Shown in pieces: positions 37,072-46,011 of a stretch of 64,000 nt of DNA (position 1 is the stretch's first letter; the number at the start of each line of letters is the position of its first letter). The notes under the pieces were generated by a model. That model ran no database searches. It was not told the origin of the DNA and saw only the letters and a list, made by a program, of their open reading frames with translations. The stretch comes from an uncultured delta proteobacterium (GTDB lineage: Bacteria > Desulfobacterota > Binatia > Binatales > Binataceae): positions 869,431 to 933,430 of the forward strand of contig CAVWLM010000006.1 of assembly GCA_963755905.1 (NCBI GenBank), in the 5' to 3' direction. A program made the translations under genes and the position numbers.

Positions 37072-37085
37072 AGGAAGTTGGTATT

Positions 37086-37898
37086 ATGGCAAGCACCGAA
37101 GATATTCGCGGACACTATGTCAAAGTAAACTCGACCAGGATTTTCTACGACGAGATTGGCGAGGGATATCCAATAGTCTGTGTTCACACCGCCGGAGCGT
37201 GCTCGCTCGAATACACATATCTTTTGCCGTTGCTGGCCGAACAGGGGTTTCATGCCTATGCGCTGGATCTCCCGGGCCACTTCCGATCCTACCCGGTGAA
37301 CTGGAAGCCGCATCGGACTATCCATGAGCACGCCGAGTTCGTTCACGCGTTCGCCAATACGCTCGGGCTGAAGAAGCCGGTAATCATGGGCTGCTCGATC
37401 GGCGGCGACATCACGCTCGATTACGCCGCGCATCACTGGCGCGAGATGGCCGCGGGCATACCGATGGAGGGTCTGTCGCGATCGCCGACCTTTCCGAGCC
37501 CCGCCGGAGTGACTCATCCGGCCTGGGGACCGGGATGGCAGGACCAGTTGGAGCGGGCGGCGACCGAATCGCTCAATCGTAACTGTTCGGCGGAAAAGAT
37601 TACCGAGTTGCGCTGGCAGCATCGAGGTCCGCAGGTCAGCGCGGTGGGCGACCTGGTGGCCTGGGCCACGCATGACGTACGCGCGCTGCTCGGTGCCGTC
37701 GAGTGTCCGATGCTGGTGATATGTGGCGAGGACGATTTCTGGGTGCCAAAGCCGCTGGTCGAGGAGACCGTCAAGCTCCTGAAAAACGCGGAGGTCGCCT
37801 ATCTCAAGGGTATCGGACACTATCCGATGTTCGAGGATCCGGCGCTTACCGCCAAATTGACTACGGACTTCTGCCGCAAACATTCTATATTGAAGTGA
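37086..37898 (+). CDS. Alpha/beta hydrolase
   Basis: ATG 37086 after GAAGGAAG. IVCVHTAGACSLEY, nucleophile elbow MGCSIGG, and C-terminal GIGHYPMFE. Confidence 0.85.
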   Translation: MASTEDIRGHYVKVNSTRIFYDEIGEGYPIVCVHTAGACSLEYTYLLPLLAEQGFHAYALDLPGHFRSYPVNWKPHRTIHEHAEFVHAFANTLGLKKPVIMGCSIGGDITLDYAAHHWREMAAGIPMEGLSRSPTFPSPAGVTHPAWGPGWQDQLERAATESLNRNCSAEKITELRWQHRGPQVSAVGDLVAWATHDVRALLGAVECPMLVICGEDDFWVPKPLVEETVKLLKNAEVAYLKGIGHYPMFEDPALTAKLTTDFCRKHSILK

Positions 37899-37982
37899 TC
37901 CAAGCCGGGCATCCGATTCGCGCGATTCACTGTATCCGCACTGGCGCTGGCGACACTATATTTCAGGACGTTGGGGGACCGG

Positions 37983-38558
37983 TTAGTCCCGCGCCGCCGG
38001 CGTGGCCGCCGAAGGCGGCGCCTCGGATGCACTCGAGGCGGCGGGATGTGAACCGACCGGCACGACCTTCACTCGCGCCACGCCTTTGTGGGTGATCCCG
38101 ATCTTCTCGGCCGCGCGCTTCGATAGATCGAGGTCGCGGCCGTGAACAAAGGGACCGCGGTCGTTGATTAGCACTTTGACCGAGCGGCCGGTGGCTGGAT
38201 TAACCACCTCGACGGTCGAGCCGATCGGCAAAGTGCGCGAGGCAGCCGTCAGGCCGTTGGGATTGTATGGCTCGCCGCTGGCCGTTGGACGACCGGCGGT
38301 GCGGCTGCTTTGATATGAGGCCTTGACGATCTTCGCCGGCTTGGCGCTTGTCTCAGGGGGTGCTGACTGAACCACCGGCGGAGGCGTCGGCGGCACCGGC
38401 GGCAACGCTGTTTGGGTGGCGCACGCCGCCAACGACATCGCAAGGCAAACGCCGATACCCGCGAGCGTGGCGCGACCGTCGGCTCGCAAGCGGTTGATTC
38501 TCAATAGCTGGAGCATCGAGAAGCCTCCGCGGGCGAAGTTGTGCACAGGATCCATCAT
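37983..38558 (-). CDS. rlpA: Septal ring lytic transglycosylase RlpA-family lipoprotein (DPBB domain)
   Basis: Lipobox LAAC. DPBB core GRPTASGEPYNPNGLTAASRTLPIGSTVEVVN..TGRSVKVLINDRGPFVHGRDLDLS..AA. The start may be the internal Met at 38516. Confidence 0.85.
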   Translation of the reverse strand: MMDPVHNFARGGFSMLQLLRINRLRADGRATLAGIGVCLAMSLAACATQTALPPVPPTPPPVVQSAPPETSAKPAKIVKASYQSSRTAGRPTASGEPYNPNGLTAASRTLPIGSTVEVVNPATGRSVKVLINDRGPFVHGRDLDLSKRAAEKIGITHKGVARVKVVPVGSHPAASSASEAPPSAATPAARD

Positions 38559-38713
38559 TCAGCTCTACCATGATCTCGCACCATTATGATCTCGCGCGAC
38601 TCTGGCCGATGTCAGTTCCTGGCAACGCTGGACACTATGAGCGACTATGTGTAACTGGGAGTCTGTGGATGCTCGCGCGCCAGTAGAGCGCGTCGGCATG
38701 GGAGGATCGAAAT

Positions 38714-39187
38714 ATGGATCTCGAAGCAATCGAACGGCGGCTGACCCGTCTGGAAGACATCGAGGCGATCAAACAGCTTAAGGCCAGATACTGCGAAATC
38801 TGCGACGACGATCACAATCCGGAAAGAATAACTTCGGTATTCGCCGAAGACGGAGTCTGGGAGAGCGCCGAGTTCGGGACCGGCAGAGGGCATGCGGAAA
38901 TTCGCAAACTTTTCCAGGGATTCCAAAAGCTGATCGAATTTTCGCAGCACAATGTCATGAACCCGATTATCGAAGTTCACGGCGACAAGGCCACCGGCGA
39001 ATGGTACTTCATGGGTCCTTTCAAGTTTCGCCAGGGCGACCAGGCGAGATGGATAGCGCTGCAATACAAGGACGAATACGTAAAGCGCGACGGCCAATGG
39101 AAATACAAGCACTTGCGGATCAACCTGAGGTTGCTCGCGCCCTATGACGAGGGGTGGGCCAAGCAGCGTATCGTCGCAGTCAAGTAG
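38714..39187 (+). CDS. NTF2-like / SnoaL_4 family protein
   Basis: LEDIEAIKQLKARYCEICDD...FAEDGVWES is typical of SnoaL-like NTF2 proteins. Confidence 0.75.
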   Translation: MDLEAIERRLTRLEDIEAIKQLKARYCEICDDDHNPERITSVFAEDGVWESAEFGTGRGHAEIRKLFQGFQKLIEFSQHNVMNPIIEVHGDKATGEWYFMGPFKFRQGDQARWIALQYKDEYVKRDGQWKYKHLRINLRLLAPYDEGWAKQRIVAVK

Positions 39188-39359
39188 AAGTCGCGCCCGG
39201 AGTTAGTAGCGGCCGAAGTAGTACCGCGTCGCGACCGAACTGTGACCGCAGGGCGAAGGCGACCGGCCTTATTCGCCTTGAGGAGAGACTCTATACAAAG
39301 AAAGATGAAACCGCGCCCGCAAGTCACTCAAAGGTCTCTCGCGGCAAGGGGAAATCATT

Positions 39360-39776
39360 GTGGACTCACAGCTTGAAGGATTTCTCAACACTTTGGGCGA
39401 GGCCGAGCGCGCCGGCGGCCGCGTCCTGCACGAACTGACCGCCGAAGCCCGCTCGCTGGAACTGCGCGAGTTACTAAAGAAAGCCGGCCACGATGAGGGC
39501 TACTACGCGGGCGAGCTTGCCGCCCATGTCCGCCGCCTCGGTGGCGCACCTTCCAACAAGACCGGCGACTTTGTCGAGAAAGTGCGCGCCGCGGGCGACT
39601 TCCGCGCGAAGCTTGAGCTGCTCAATCGTGGCCAGCGCTGGGTGATCCGTAAGATCGAGGAGCACCTAGCCTCTATTCCCGACCCCGGACTGCGCGCTTT
39701 TCTCTCGGTGATGGCCAAGGGCCATTACGTCAATATCGGCGCCCTCGAGGAGGCGCTGAAGGAGGGTCTGCTCTGA
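39360..39776 (+). CDS. Hypothetical helical (possibly ferritin-like) protein
   Basis: 138 aa, GTG start, predicted all-helical. No confident family. Confidence 0.45.
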   Translation: MDSQLEGFLNTLGEAERAGGRVLHELTAEARSLELRELLKKAGHDEGYYAGELAAHVRRLGGAPSNKTGDFVEKVRAAGDFRAKLELLNRGQRWVIRKIEEHLASIPDPGLRAFLSVMAKGHYVNIGALEEALKEGLL

Positions 39777-39832
39777 GCGCTTCCGCCCCGCGCGCCGCCA
39801 CGCCGCGCTCTCGCATAGTTTTCTGTCTGATC

Positions 39833-40786
39833 GTGTTCGCCATCTCCATGGCCGCCTCCGCTCCCGCTGCGGATAGTCCTTCGCTCGGGCCGGGCAGCAA
39901 TCGAGTGGATATCCAGTATGGCGGGATTGCCCGCAGTTATATCGTCCACGTTCCCCCGCAGGCCTCCGGCGAAGGCGCCTTGCCGGTTATCCTCAATTTT
40001 CACGGCGCCGGCAGCAACGCGACGCAGCAGGAGCATTACTCCGGGATGGACGCGACGGCCGATCGCGACGGATTCGTCGCCGTCTATCCGAACGGGACCG
40101 GGCGCGGAACGCGAATGCTGACCTGGAACGCCGGCGGATGCTGCGCGTACGCGGCCTTCCACGAGATTGACGACGTCGGCTTCACCCGGGCGTTGATCGA
40201 CGATCTGGCGACGCGCGTCCGGATCGACCGCGCGCGAGTCTACGCGACCGGCATATCGAACGGCGGCATGATGTCGTTTCGGCTCGGGGTCGAGGCCTCG
40301 GATCGTATCGCCGCGATCGCGCCGGTGGAAGGCGCGCTGGTGGTTCAAACCTCAGGACCTGCGCGTCCAATGCCGCTGATGCTTTTCAACAGCCTCGATG
40401 ACCGCTACGTGCCCTACAACGGCCGCGTCGGACTGCTCGGACGTCTGTCGCACAAGACGGCCTACCCGAGCGTCCCGAGCGTGGATGAAGAGGTGGCGCG
40501 ATGGCGCGGCTTTGACGGCTGCCCGCGAGACCCGCAGGTCGCGCCGGCGTTGAAAGGTGCGCCTAGCTCGCCGGACGAGGGCAAATCCGCCACGCGGTAC
40601 GAATGGGGACCATGTGCCGGCGGCACCAGGATCGTGCTGTGGAAGCTAGCCGGTTCGGGTCACGTATGGCCGGGCGCGGGGCTAAACGTGGTGTGGCTCG
40701 GGCCCGCCACGCAGGTGATCAACGCCAACGATCAGATGTGGCAATTCTTCCACAACTTCTCCGTGCCGTCAGGCAAGGGTTCGTAG
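39833..40786 (+). CDS. PHB depolymerase-family esterase (LpqC-like), secreted
   Basis: LPVILNFHGAGSNA...DGFVAVYPNG...WNAGGCC...DDVGF...ATGISNGGMMS. The frame is open upstream to about 39773 and encodes more of the signal peptide (IVFCLIVFAISMAASAPA), but no ATG/GTG/TTG is present there, so the start is uncertain. Confidence 0.8.
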   Translation: MFAISMAASAPAADSPSLGPGSNRVDIQYGGIARSYIVHVPPQASGEGALPVILNFHGAGSNATQQEHYSGMDATADRDGFVAVYPNGTGRGTRMLTWNAGGCCAYAAFHEIDDVGFTRALIDDLATRVRIDRARVYATGISNGGMMSFRLGVEASDRIAAIAPVEGALVVQTSGPARPMPLMLFNSLDDRYVPYNGRVGLLGRLSHKTAYPSVPSVDEEVARWRGFDGCPRDPQVAPALKGAPSSPDEGKSATRYEWGPCAGGTRIVLWKLAGSGHVWPGAGLNVVWLGPATQVINANDQMWQFFHNFSVPSGKGS

Positions 40787-40802
40787 GCGCGAGTGACGCG
40801 AG

Positions 40803-42005
40803 TCAGGGCCGCTTCAATGGCGGCAGCATCTCCGCCGCGTCCAGCCCCAATTCAAGCATCCCCACCGTACCGAGGCAGAAATCGCCGGGCGGAAATTGGA
40901 TCGGCGCGGTCGCTCCGTCACGAAAAAGCCGCTCCAGTGGAGAGGTCTTGAAGATCGCGTGTGCGCCGCCCAGGGTCAACGCCGTGCGCGTGATGCGCGA
41001 TACCGCCTCGCCCACGAAGTACTTCGCGCGGAACATCGCGGCAAGCGCGGCCGCCGTCGGCCCCTGCGTATCGCTCATCCACGCCGAGTTGTAGACCATC
41101 AGACGCGCCGCTTCGAGGTCGACGCTCATCTCCGCCACCCGCCGGCGCACGTCGGGATGGTACGCGAGCGGCTGCACGTAGCCGGGAGGAATCCTTCCCT
41201 TGAGCACCCTGACGACTTCCTTGTACGCCGCGGCCCCGACCCCCAGGTAGACCGCGGTGTAGGAGGCCCACAGCCAGTTTGCTCCGTCACGGATGAAAGA
41301 GGGAAAGTCGTCGGTGCTGTAAAGTCCGCCCTCCTCAGTTATCCAGCAATCCTCGAGTAGCACGTTTTCACTACGCGTCGCGCGCATGCCGAGCGTATCC
41401 CAGACATGCTCAATCCGCCGGCCCGGGGCGTCCGACGGGATGAGCACCAGGATGCCCGCGGTGGGGGCTTCAGACTCTTCCGGCCGGGCCAGCAGCGCGC
41501 AATAGTCGGCCGCCTCGATCATGGAAGCAAAGGACTTTTTGCCGTTGACGCGGTAGCCTCCCTCGACGTGGCGCGCGCGGGTCGCGGGGATGCCGTGCGA
41601 GGCGGCGAGGCCGGAGGTCTGCGGCTCGGAAAAATTCCCGGCGATAAGCTTGCGCTGCTTGACCACCAGGTCGGCGATATGGCTTTTGGTCGCCTCCGGC
41701 ACTGCCGCAATCTCCATCAACGGACCGACGATCGACAGATGCATGTTGAACGCGAGCGCGGTCGCCGGACAGCCCCCGGCGAGTTCCTCCACCGCCATCG
41801 ACCACGGGAGCAGTCCAACGCCCCCGCCGCCTCTGTCCTTGGGCACGTTCAGCTCGTAAAAGCCCTCGCGCCGCAGTGCTGCGTAGTTCTCCATCGGACT
41901 GCTTGCCTCGCGATCATGGGTGGCCGCCCGGGTGGCGAATTCCGCCGCCAGCCGCCGCGCTCGCTCTTGCAGTTCTCTGGCATCTGCAGTGATTTGAAAA
42001 TCCAT
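40803..42005 (-). CDS. Acyl-CoA dehydrogenase family protein
   Basis: 400 aa with typical ACAD N, middle and C domains (...REGFYELNVPKDRGGGG...; C-terminal four-helix region). Confidence 0.9.
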   Translation of the reverse strand: MDFQITADARELQERARRLAAEFATRAATHDREASSPMENYAALRREGFYELNVPKDRGGGGVGLLPWSMAVEELAGGCPATALAFNMHLSIVGPLMEIAAVPEATKSHIADLVVKQRKLIAGNFSEPQTSGLAASHGIPATRARHVEGGYRVNGKKSFASMIEAADYCALLARPEESEAPTAGILVLIPSDAPGRRIEHVWDTLGMRATRSENVLLEDCWITEEGGLYSTDDFPSFIRDGANWLWASYTAVYLGVGAAAYKEVVRVLKGRIPPGYVQPLAYHPDVRRRVAEMSVDLEAARLMVYNSAWMSDTQGPTAAALAAMFRAKYFVGEAVSRITRTALTLGGAHAIFKTSPLERLFRDGATAPIQFPPGDFCLGTVGMLELGLDAAEMLPPLKRP

Positions 42006-42130
42006 CGCTCGCGCCCCCTATGCCGGCCAGGATCGCCCGCTGGATTGTTAGCAAAGATCGTGCGAGAGCCGAGAGCAAAAACAAAAGTCGCCCCGCTCGG
42101 CGGACAGGTTCGGGCGCGGGCCCGCGCGCG

Positions 42131-42442
42131 CTATCGGTCCTTGAGTGGACGGCCCATCTGCGCGTCGCGCCGCCGTTCGCCGTGCGGCGACGAGGCCGCC
42201 CGGGCCCGGACGGCGCTCAGCAGATGCGCGACCTCGGCCTTAGTGTTCACGGCATAACGCTCGAAGTCCGCACCGCTCCTTAGGTCCGCGAACAAACCGC
42301 CCGGGTCTTCATGGAAATGCAGAAAGGCGGTCCCGCCGCGATAGAAAATGCCGCGCTTGCGTTCGACGAGGCCGGGAACCGTCCGTAGCGCTTCGAGCGC
42401 CGGTTCCAACGCTTCGAGCGCTCGTGGCCCGGCGTGCTTCAC
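42131..42442 (-). CDS. Hypothetical small protein
   Basis: 103 aa (...GIFYRGGTAFLHFHEDPGGLFADLR...) with good GC3 bias. Family not recognised. Confidence 0.4.
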   Translation of the reverse strand: MKHAGPRALEALEPALEALRTVPGLVERKRGIFYRGGTAFLHFHEDPGGLFADLRSGADFERYAVNTKAEVAHLLSAVRARAASSPHGERRRDAQMGRPLKDR

Positions 42443-42541
42443 TGGATTCTCGCCGATTTGCTCGCGCTCGCCTCTCGCAGGATCCGCCCCGCACGGCGTA
42501 GCGATACGCCGCGGGACTCGCTGCGGGACGGCGCTCGGCTC

Positions 42542-43819
42542 TCAGCCGTGATGCGTTTCGATCACCATGTTGCCTGCCGCGACCTTGGCGTCGTCGGCCG
42601 TCCCGCCGCGCAGTAGGACGCCCTCGGCATAGAGCGCGGCAAGTTCGTTATCCGGTAGCGCGAGCATCTCGCGCAGCACCGCGTCGTTGTCCCCGCCGAC
42701 GCGCGACGCTTTGACATCGGTGCGGTCGGGCCAGTCGGAGAACTTGACCGGCATCCCGGGCACGTCGAACTCGCCGAGCGCCTCGTCACGCACGCGCCGG
42801 ACGGTCTTGCGGCCGCGCAGATGCGGATGCTCCATCGCCTCTTCCAGTTTGAGCACGGGAGCGCAGGGGACGCGCTCGCGGTCGAGCACGGCGATAGCGG
42901 AGTCGCGGTCGGGAAAAGTCGCGAGCCATCCTTCGATAATCTCGCGCAGAGCCGCGTTGTTCTTGACCCTGCGCCCGTTGGTCGAGAAGCGCTCGTCCTT
43001 CATCAGATCGGGATGGCCCATCGCGCGCAGCAGGCGCGGCATCTCGTGCTGTTGCGCGATCAGCATGATATGGCCGCCGTTGGCCTTGTACACACCGCAC
43101 GGGCTGCCCGCCGGATGCATCGAGCCGGTGCGCTTGGGATGGTAGCGGCCGGGACGCAGCGACAGCACTGGGACGAACAGCTCGTGCATGTGAAAGTAGG
43201 TGTCCATCAGCGACGCGTCGAGATATTGGCCCCTGCCGGTGCGCTCGCGCGAGAGCAGCGCGAAGCCTACCGCCATCGCGGCCGCCACGCCGGTCGAGAT
43301 GTCGCCGATTGCCATCGAGGGCACGATCGGCGCGCGGTCGGGCTCGCCGAGCTGGTCGGTGACGCCGGCCAGCGCCGACCCGATATAATCGTAGCCGGGA
43401 CGGCGGCTGAGCGGGCCGTCCTGCCCGGCGGCCGAGATCGAGCACATCACCAGCCGCGGATTGATTTTTTTGAGCGCCTCGTAGCCGAAGCCCATCTCGG
43501 CGATCACGCCGGGCGCGAAATTTTCCACCAGCACGTCGATCTTCGGGATCATCGCGAGCAACAATTCCTTGCCGCGCGGATTGCGCAGGTCGACGCCCAG
43601 GCTGCGTTTGCAGTGGTTGTGCTGGAAGTAATAGCTGCTCATGCCGTCCTTGACGATTCCGAGCTGGCGCACGTGATCGCCGTCAAGCGAGCGCTCGACC
43701 TTGATGACGTCGGCGCCGAGTTCGCCCAGGATGCGCGTGCAGGTTGGGCCCGCCACGTAGTGAGTGAAATCGAGTACGTGGAAACCCTGGAGCATCTGCG
43801 GCTGTTCCTGCTGTGTCAT
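42542..43819 (-). CDS. Family III CoA-transferase (CaiB/BaiF)
   Basis: LQGFHVLDFTHYVAGPTCTRILGELGADVIKVE is the canonical N-terminus, and an Asp-containing central motif GDISTG is present. Confidence 0.9.
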   Translation of the reverse strand: MTQQEQPQMLQGFHVLDFTHYVAGPTCTRILGELGADVIKVERSLDGDHVRQLGIVKDGMSSYYFQHNHCKRSLGVDLRNPRGKELLLAMIPKIDVLVENFAPGVIAEMGFGYEALKKINPRLVMCSISAAGQDGPLSRRPGYDYIGSALAGVTDQLGEPDRAPIVPSMAIGDISTGVAAAMAVGFALLSRERTGRGQYLDASLMDTYFHMHELFVPVLSLRPGRYHPKRTGSMHPAGSPCGVYKANGGHIMLIAQQHEMPRLLRAMGHPDLMKDERFSTNGRRVKNNAALREIIEGWLATFPDRDSAIAVLDRERVPCAPVLKLEEAMEHPHLRGRKTVRRVRDEALGEFDVPGMPVKFSDWPDRTDVKASRVGGDNDAVLREMLALPDNELAALYAEGVLLRGGTADDAKVAAGNMVIETHHG

Positions 43820-44057
43820 GTCTGGTCCTTGCCTGATTGTGACCGGTCTTGGCCTGATTTCGGTCTGATTTTCGCGCGTCCTGAAGCCGTGCGCTTCAAT
43901 CCTCTGCCGCGCGGACTCCGGACGCCATCATATAAACCCTTGGGCCGCGATGTCCAAGCGCGGGCGCGGCGGTCCCAAGAACGGCAACGCCAGAGGGCCC
44001 GACGTTCGTATCAGCGTATCCGCATATTGTCCGCGTATCACGCGCGCACCACCCGCG

Positions 44058-44540
44058 TCATCCGCGAGCGCGGCATTCCGGGCAAAGCCCATACAGTTCC
44101 ATCTTGTGATGGCTCAGCGTGACGCCGAGTTCGCGCGCGACCGTCTGCTGGAGTTGCTCGATCGCGTCGTTTTCAAATTCGATGATCCTGCCGCAGCGCT
44201 CGCAGATGAAATGGTCGTGATGATGGCCGCCGGCCACTTCGTAGCGCGCCTGGCCCTCGTCGAAATGGCGCTCGTAGAGCAGGTCGCATTCCTTGAGCAG
44301 GCGCAACGTGCGGTAGATAGTGGCGTAGCCGACGTGCGGATTGATCTTTTTGACTTCGGCGTAGAGTTCCTCGGCGCTGATATGCCGATCCAGCGCGAAG
44401 AAAACGCGCGCGATATCGTCGCGCTGGCCGGTCGACTTGAGCCCATGCCCTTTGAGGCGCCTATGGAACTCCGCCATCCGCCGCTCGATCTCGCCGGACT
44501 CCGGTTGGCGCACGGCTGTGCGTTCCTCGAGGCGTGGCAT
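44058..44540 (-). CDS. Fur family transcriptional regulator
   Basis: GLKSTGQRDDIARVF...ISAEELY...GYATIYRTLRLL...HHHDHFICERCGRIIEF...LYGLCPEC. The HHHDH and two CxxC motifs are present. Confidence 0.9.
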   Translation of the reverse strand: MPRLEERTAVRQPESGEIERRMAEFHRRLKGHGLKSTGQRDDIARVFFALDRHISAEELYAEVKKINPHVGYATIYRTLRLLKECDLLYERHFDEGQARYEVAGGHHHDHFICERCGRIIEFENDAIEQLQQTVARELGVTLSHHKMELYGLCPECRARG

Positions 44541-44556
44541 AGTGGTGGCGCTAGGA

Positions 44557-44937
44557 TCAGCCGGGGCCGGCCTGTTCGGGGCCGCCGGTTTGGTCCGATT
44601 GCCCGGACGGGCTGGATTGGTCGGACGGGTTGGAATGGTCGGCCTGGTTTTGCAGCAGGCGCCGCGCGGCGGGCGAGAGGTAGAGCGCTTCGAGATCGCG
44701 CGTGCGGAGCGCCTCGAGCAGCACCTCGAGCTGATCGGCGGGGCGCTGGGCGGAATCGATTATCAGCAGGTCTTTTTCGCGCAACCGGCAGGCGCCCCCG
44801 CGCGCTCGATAGCCGACCTCGCGCAGTAGCCGCTCGCGCCTTACCTGCAAGCCCAGGCGCTCAGCCGCCTGCGCAAGCTCCTCCACCATCGCCGCGATTC
44901 GCGCGCCGCCCCTTAGTTCACCCATCTTGCAAAGCAC
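44557..44937 (-). CDS. Hypothetical protein co-transcribed with fur
   Basis: 126 aa, ending 16 nt upstream of the fur start. Low-complexity S/P/Q/D C-terminal tail. No family recognised. Confidence 0.45.
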   Translation of the reverse strand: MLCKMGELRGGARIAAMVEELAQAAERLGLQVRRERLLREVGYRARGGACRLREKDLLIIDSAQRPADQLEVLLEALRTRDLEALYLSPAARRLLQNQADHSNPSDQSSPSGQSDQTGGPEQAGPG

Positions 44938-44958
44938 CTTGTGGCAACCTTATACGTG

Positions 44959-44976
44959 GTATCGACTGATCGATAC
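44959..44976. promoter_or_regulatory. Perfect palindrome GTATCGA-CTGA-TCGATAC between the fur operon and usp
   Basis: Read directly from the sequence. It is centred in the 74-nt divergent intergenic region and followed by GCGATAACG. Confidence 0.3.
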
Positions 44977-45011
44977 GCGATAACGCCAGATCGAGCGGGA
45001 AGGCCGGACCG

Positions 45012-45848
45012 ATGATCAAGCGCATCGTCGTAGGCGTCGACACCTCCGAACACTCCCGCGTGGCTCAGTCCTTCGCCTTCGCCCTGGCGCGCCGCCTGGG
45101 CGCCACCCTCATCGGATTGCACGTCGTCGACATCGTTTCGATCGAGGGCTCATTCTTCCATGATATCTCAGGCTCGCTCGGACTAGAACCCTACCTCGAT
45201 TTCTCCTCCAAGATGCGCGAGATGCTGACCGTGCGCGGGCGGGCGGTGGTGGACGAGTTCTGTGCGGCGGCGGCGCGCGAAAAGATTGTGGCCGAGCCGC
45301 TTATCGACATGGGCGTGGTGGCCAATCAGATCTGCGAGCGGGCCAAAGCCGCCGACCTCGTGATGATCGGACATCGCGGCATCCACGAGCGTTTCTCGAC
45401 CGGACTGCTGGGCTCGACCGCCGAGAGCGTCGCGCGCAAGAGCCCGCGGCCGTTATTCGTATCGCCCAAGCGCCTGCGCGAGATCAAAAGCCTGACCCTC
45501 GCCTACGACGGCAGCGATCGGGCGTCCAAGGCGATGCACGCGGCGGCGGAATTCGCGAGCGAACTCGGCGCGCCGCTCACCGTGATAACCGTCGCGCGCG
45601 AGGCGCGGATAGGCGAGCGGGTGCTCGCCGAGGCGCGCCATTACCTGGAGCCCTACCGCGTCGGGGCTTCGTTCAAATTGCTGAACGGCCATGCGGACGA
45701 GGAGATCGTGCGTTTCCTCAACCAGAGCGAGACCGACCTGCTGTTTATCGGCGCATACGGTCACAGCCGGATAATCGAGATGGTATTGGGCTCGACCACC
45801 GAGTACGTACTGCGCAATGCGCCCTGCCCGGTATTTTTATCGCGCTAG
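45012..45848 (+). CDS. Universal stress protein, tandem Usp domains
   Basis: IVVGVDTSEHS... and LAYDGSDRASKAM... start two Usp domains. C-terminal GSTTEYVLRNAPCPVF. Confidence 0.85.
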   Translation: MIKRIVVGVDTSEHSRVAQSFAFALARRLGATLIGLHVVDIVSIEGSFFHDISGSLGLEPYLDFSSKMREMLTVRGRAVVDEFCAAAAREKIVAEPLIDMGVVANQICERAKAADLVMIGHRGIHERFSTGLLGSTAESVARKSPRPLFVSPKRLREIKSLTLAYDGSDRASKAMHAAAEFASELGAPLTVITVAREARIGERVLAEARHYLEPYRVGASFKLLNGHADEEIVRFLNQSETDLLFIGAYGHSRIIEMVLGSTTEYVLRNAPCPVFLSR

Positions 45849-45882
45849 AACGTCTTAAAGGCCATAAAAGTTCCCAGGCAAG

Positions 45883-45911
45883 TTGACACTTTTTGCTTGA
45901 CAGCATAACTT
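45883..45911 (+). promoter_or_regulatory. Candidate sigma70-type promoter (TTGACA-17 nt-TAACTT) upstream of the OmpA-family gene
   Basis: TTGACA at 45883-45888 and TAACTT at 45906-45911 with 17-nt spacing. Pattern match only. Confidence 0.3.
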
Positions 45912-46011
45912 CAAATGCTGTTTTCAACCGTCGATTGCTCTGGGGGTTGGGCAATTCGCGCAGCGATTTGCAGTCGGTTTCGGCCTGGCAAATCAAGAGG
46001 AGTTGCGGAAG

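Noticed and set aside
42821-44122. 433-aa plus-strand ORF
   Set aside because: It is antisense to the CaiB CoA-transferase (42542-43819), which has canonical motifs. Its composition is R/A/H-rich and not protein-like.
43950-44969. 339-aa plus-strand ORF
   Set aside because: It is antisense to the Fur gene, which has clear HHHDH and CxxC motifs, and to Fur's upstream partner. It is R/A/P-rich low complexity.
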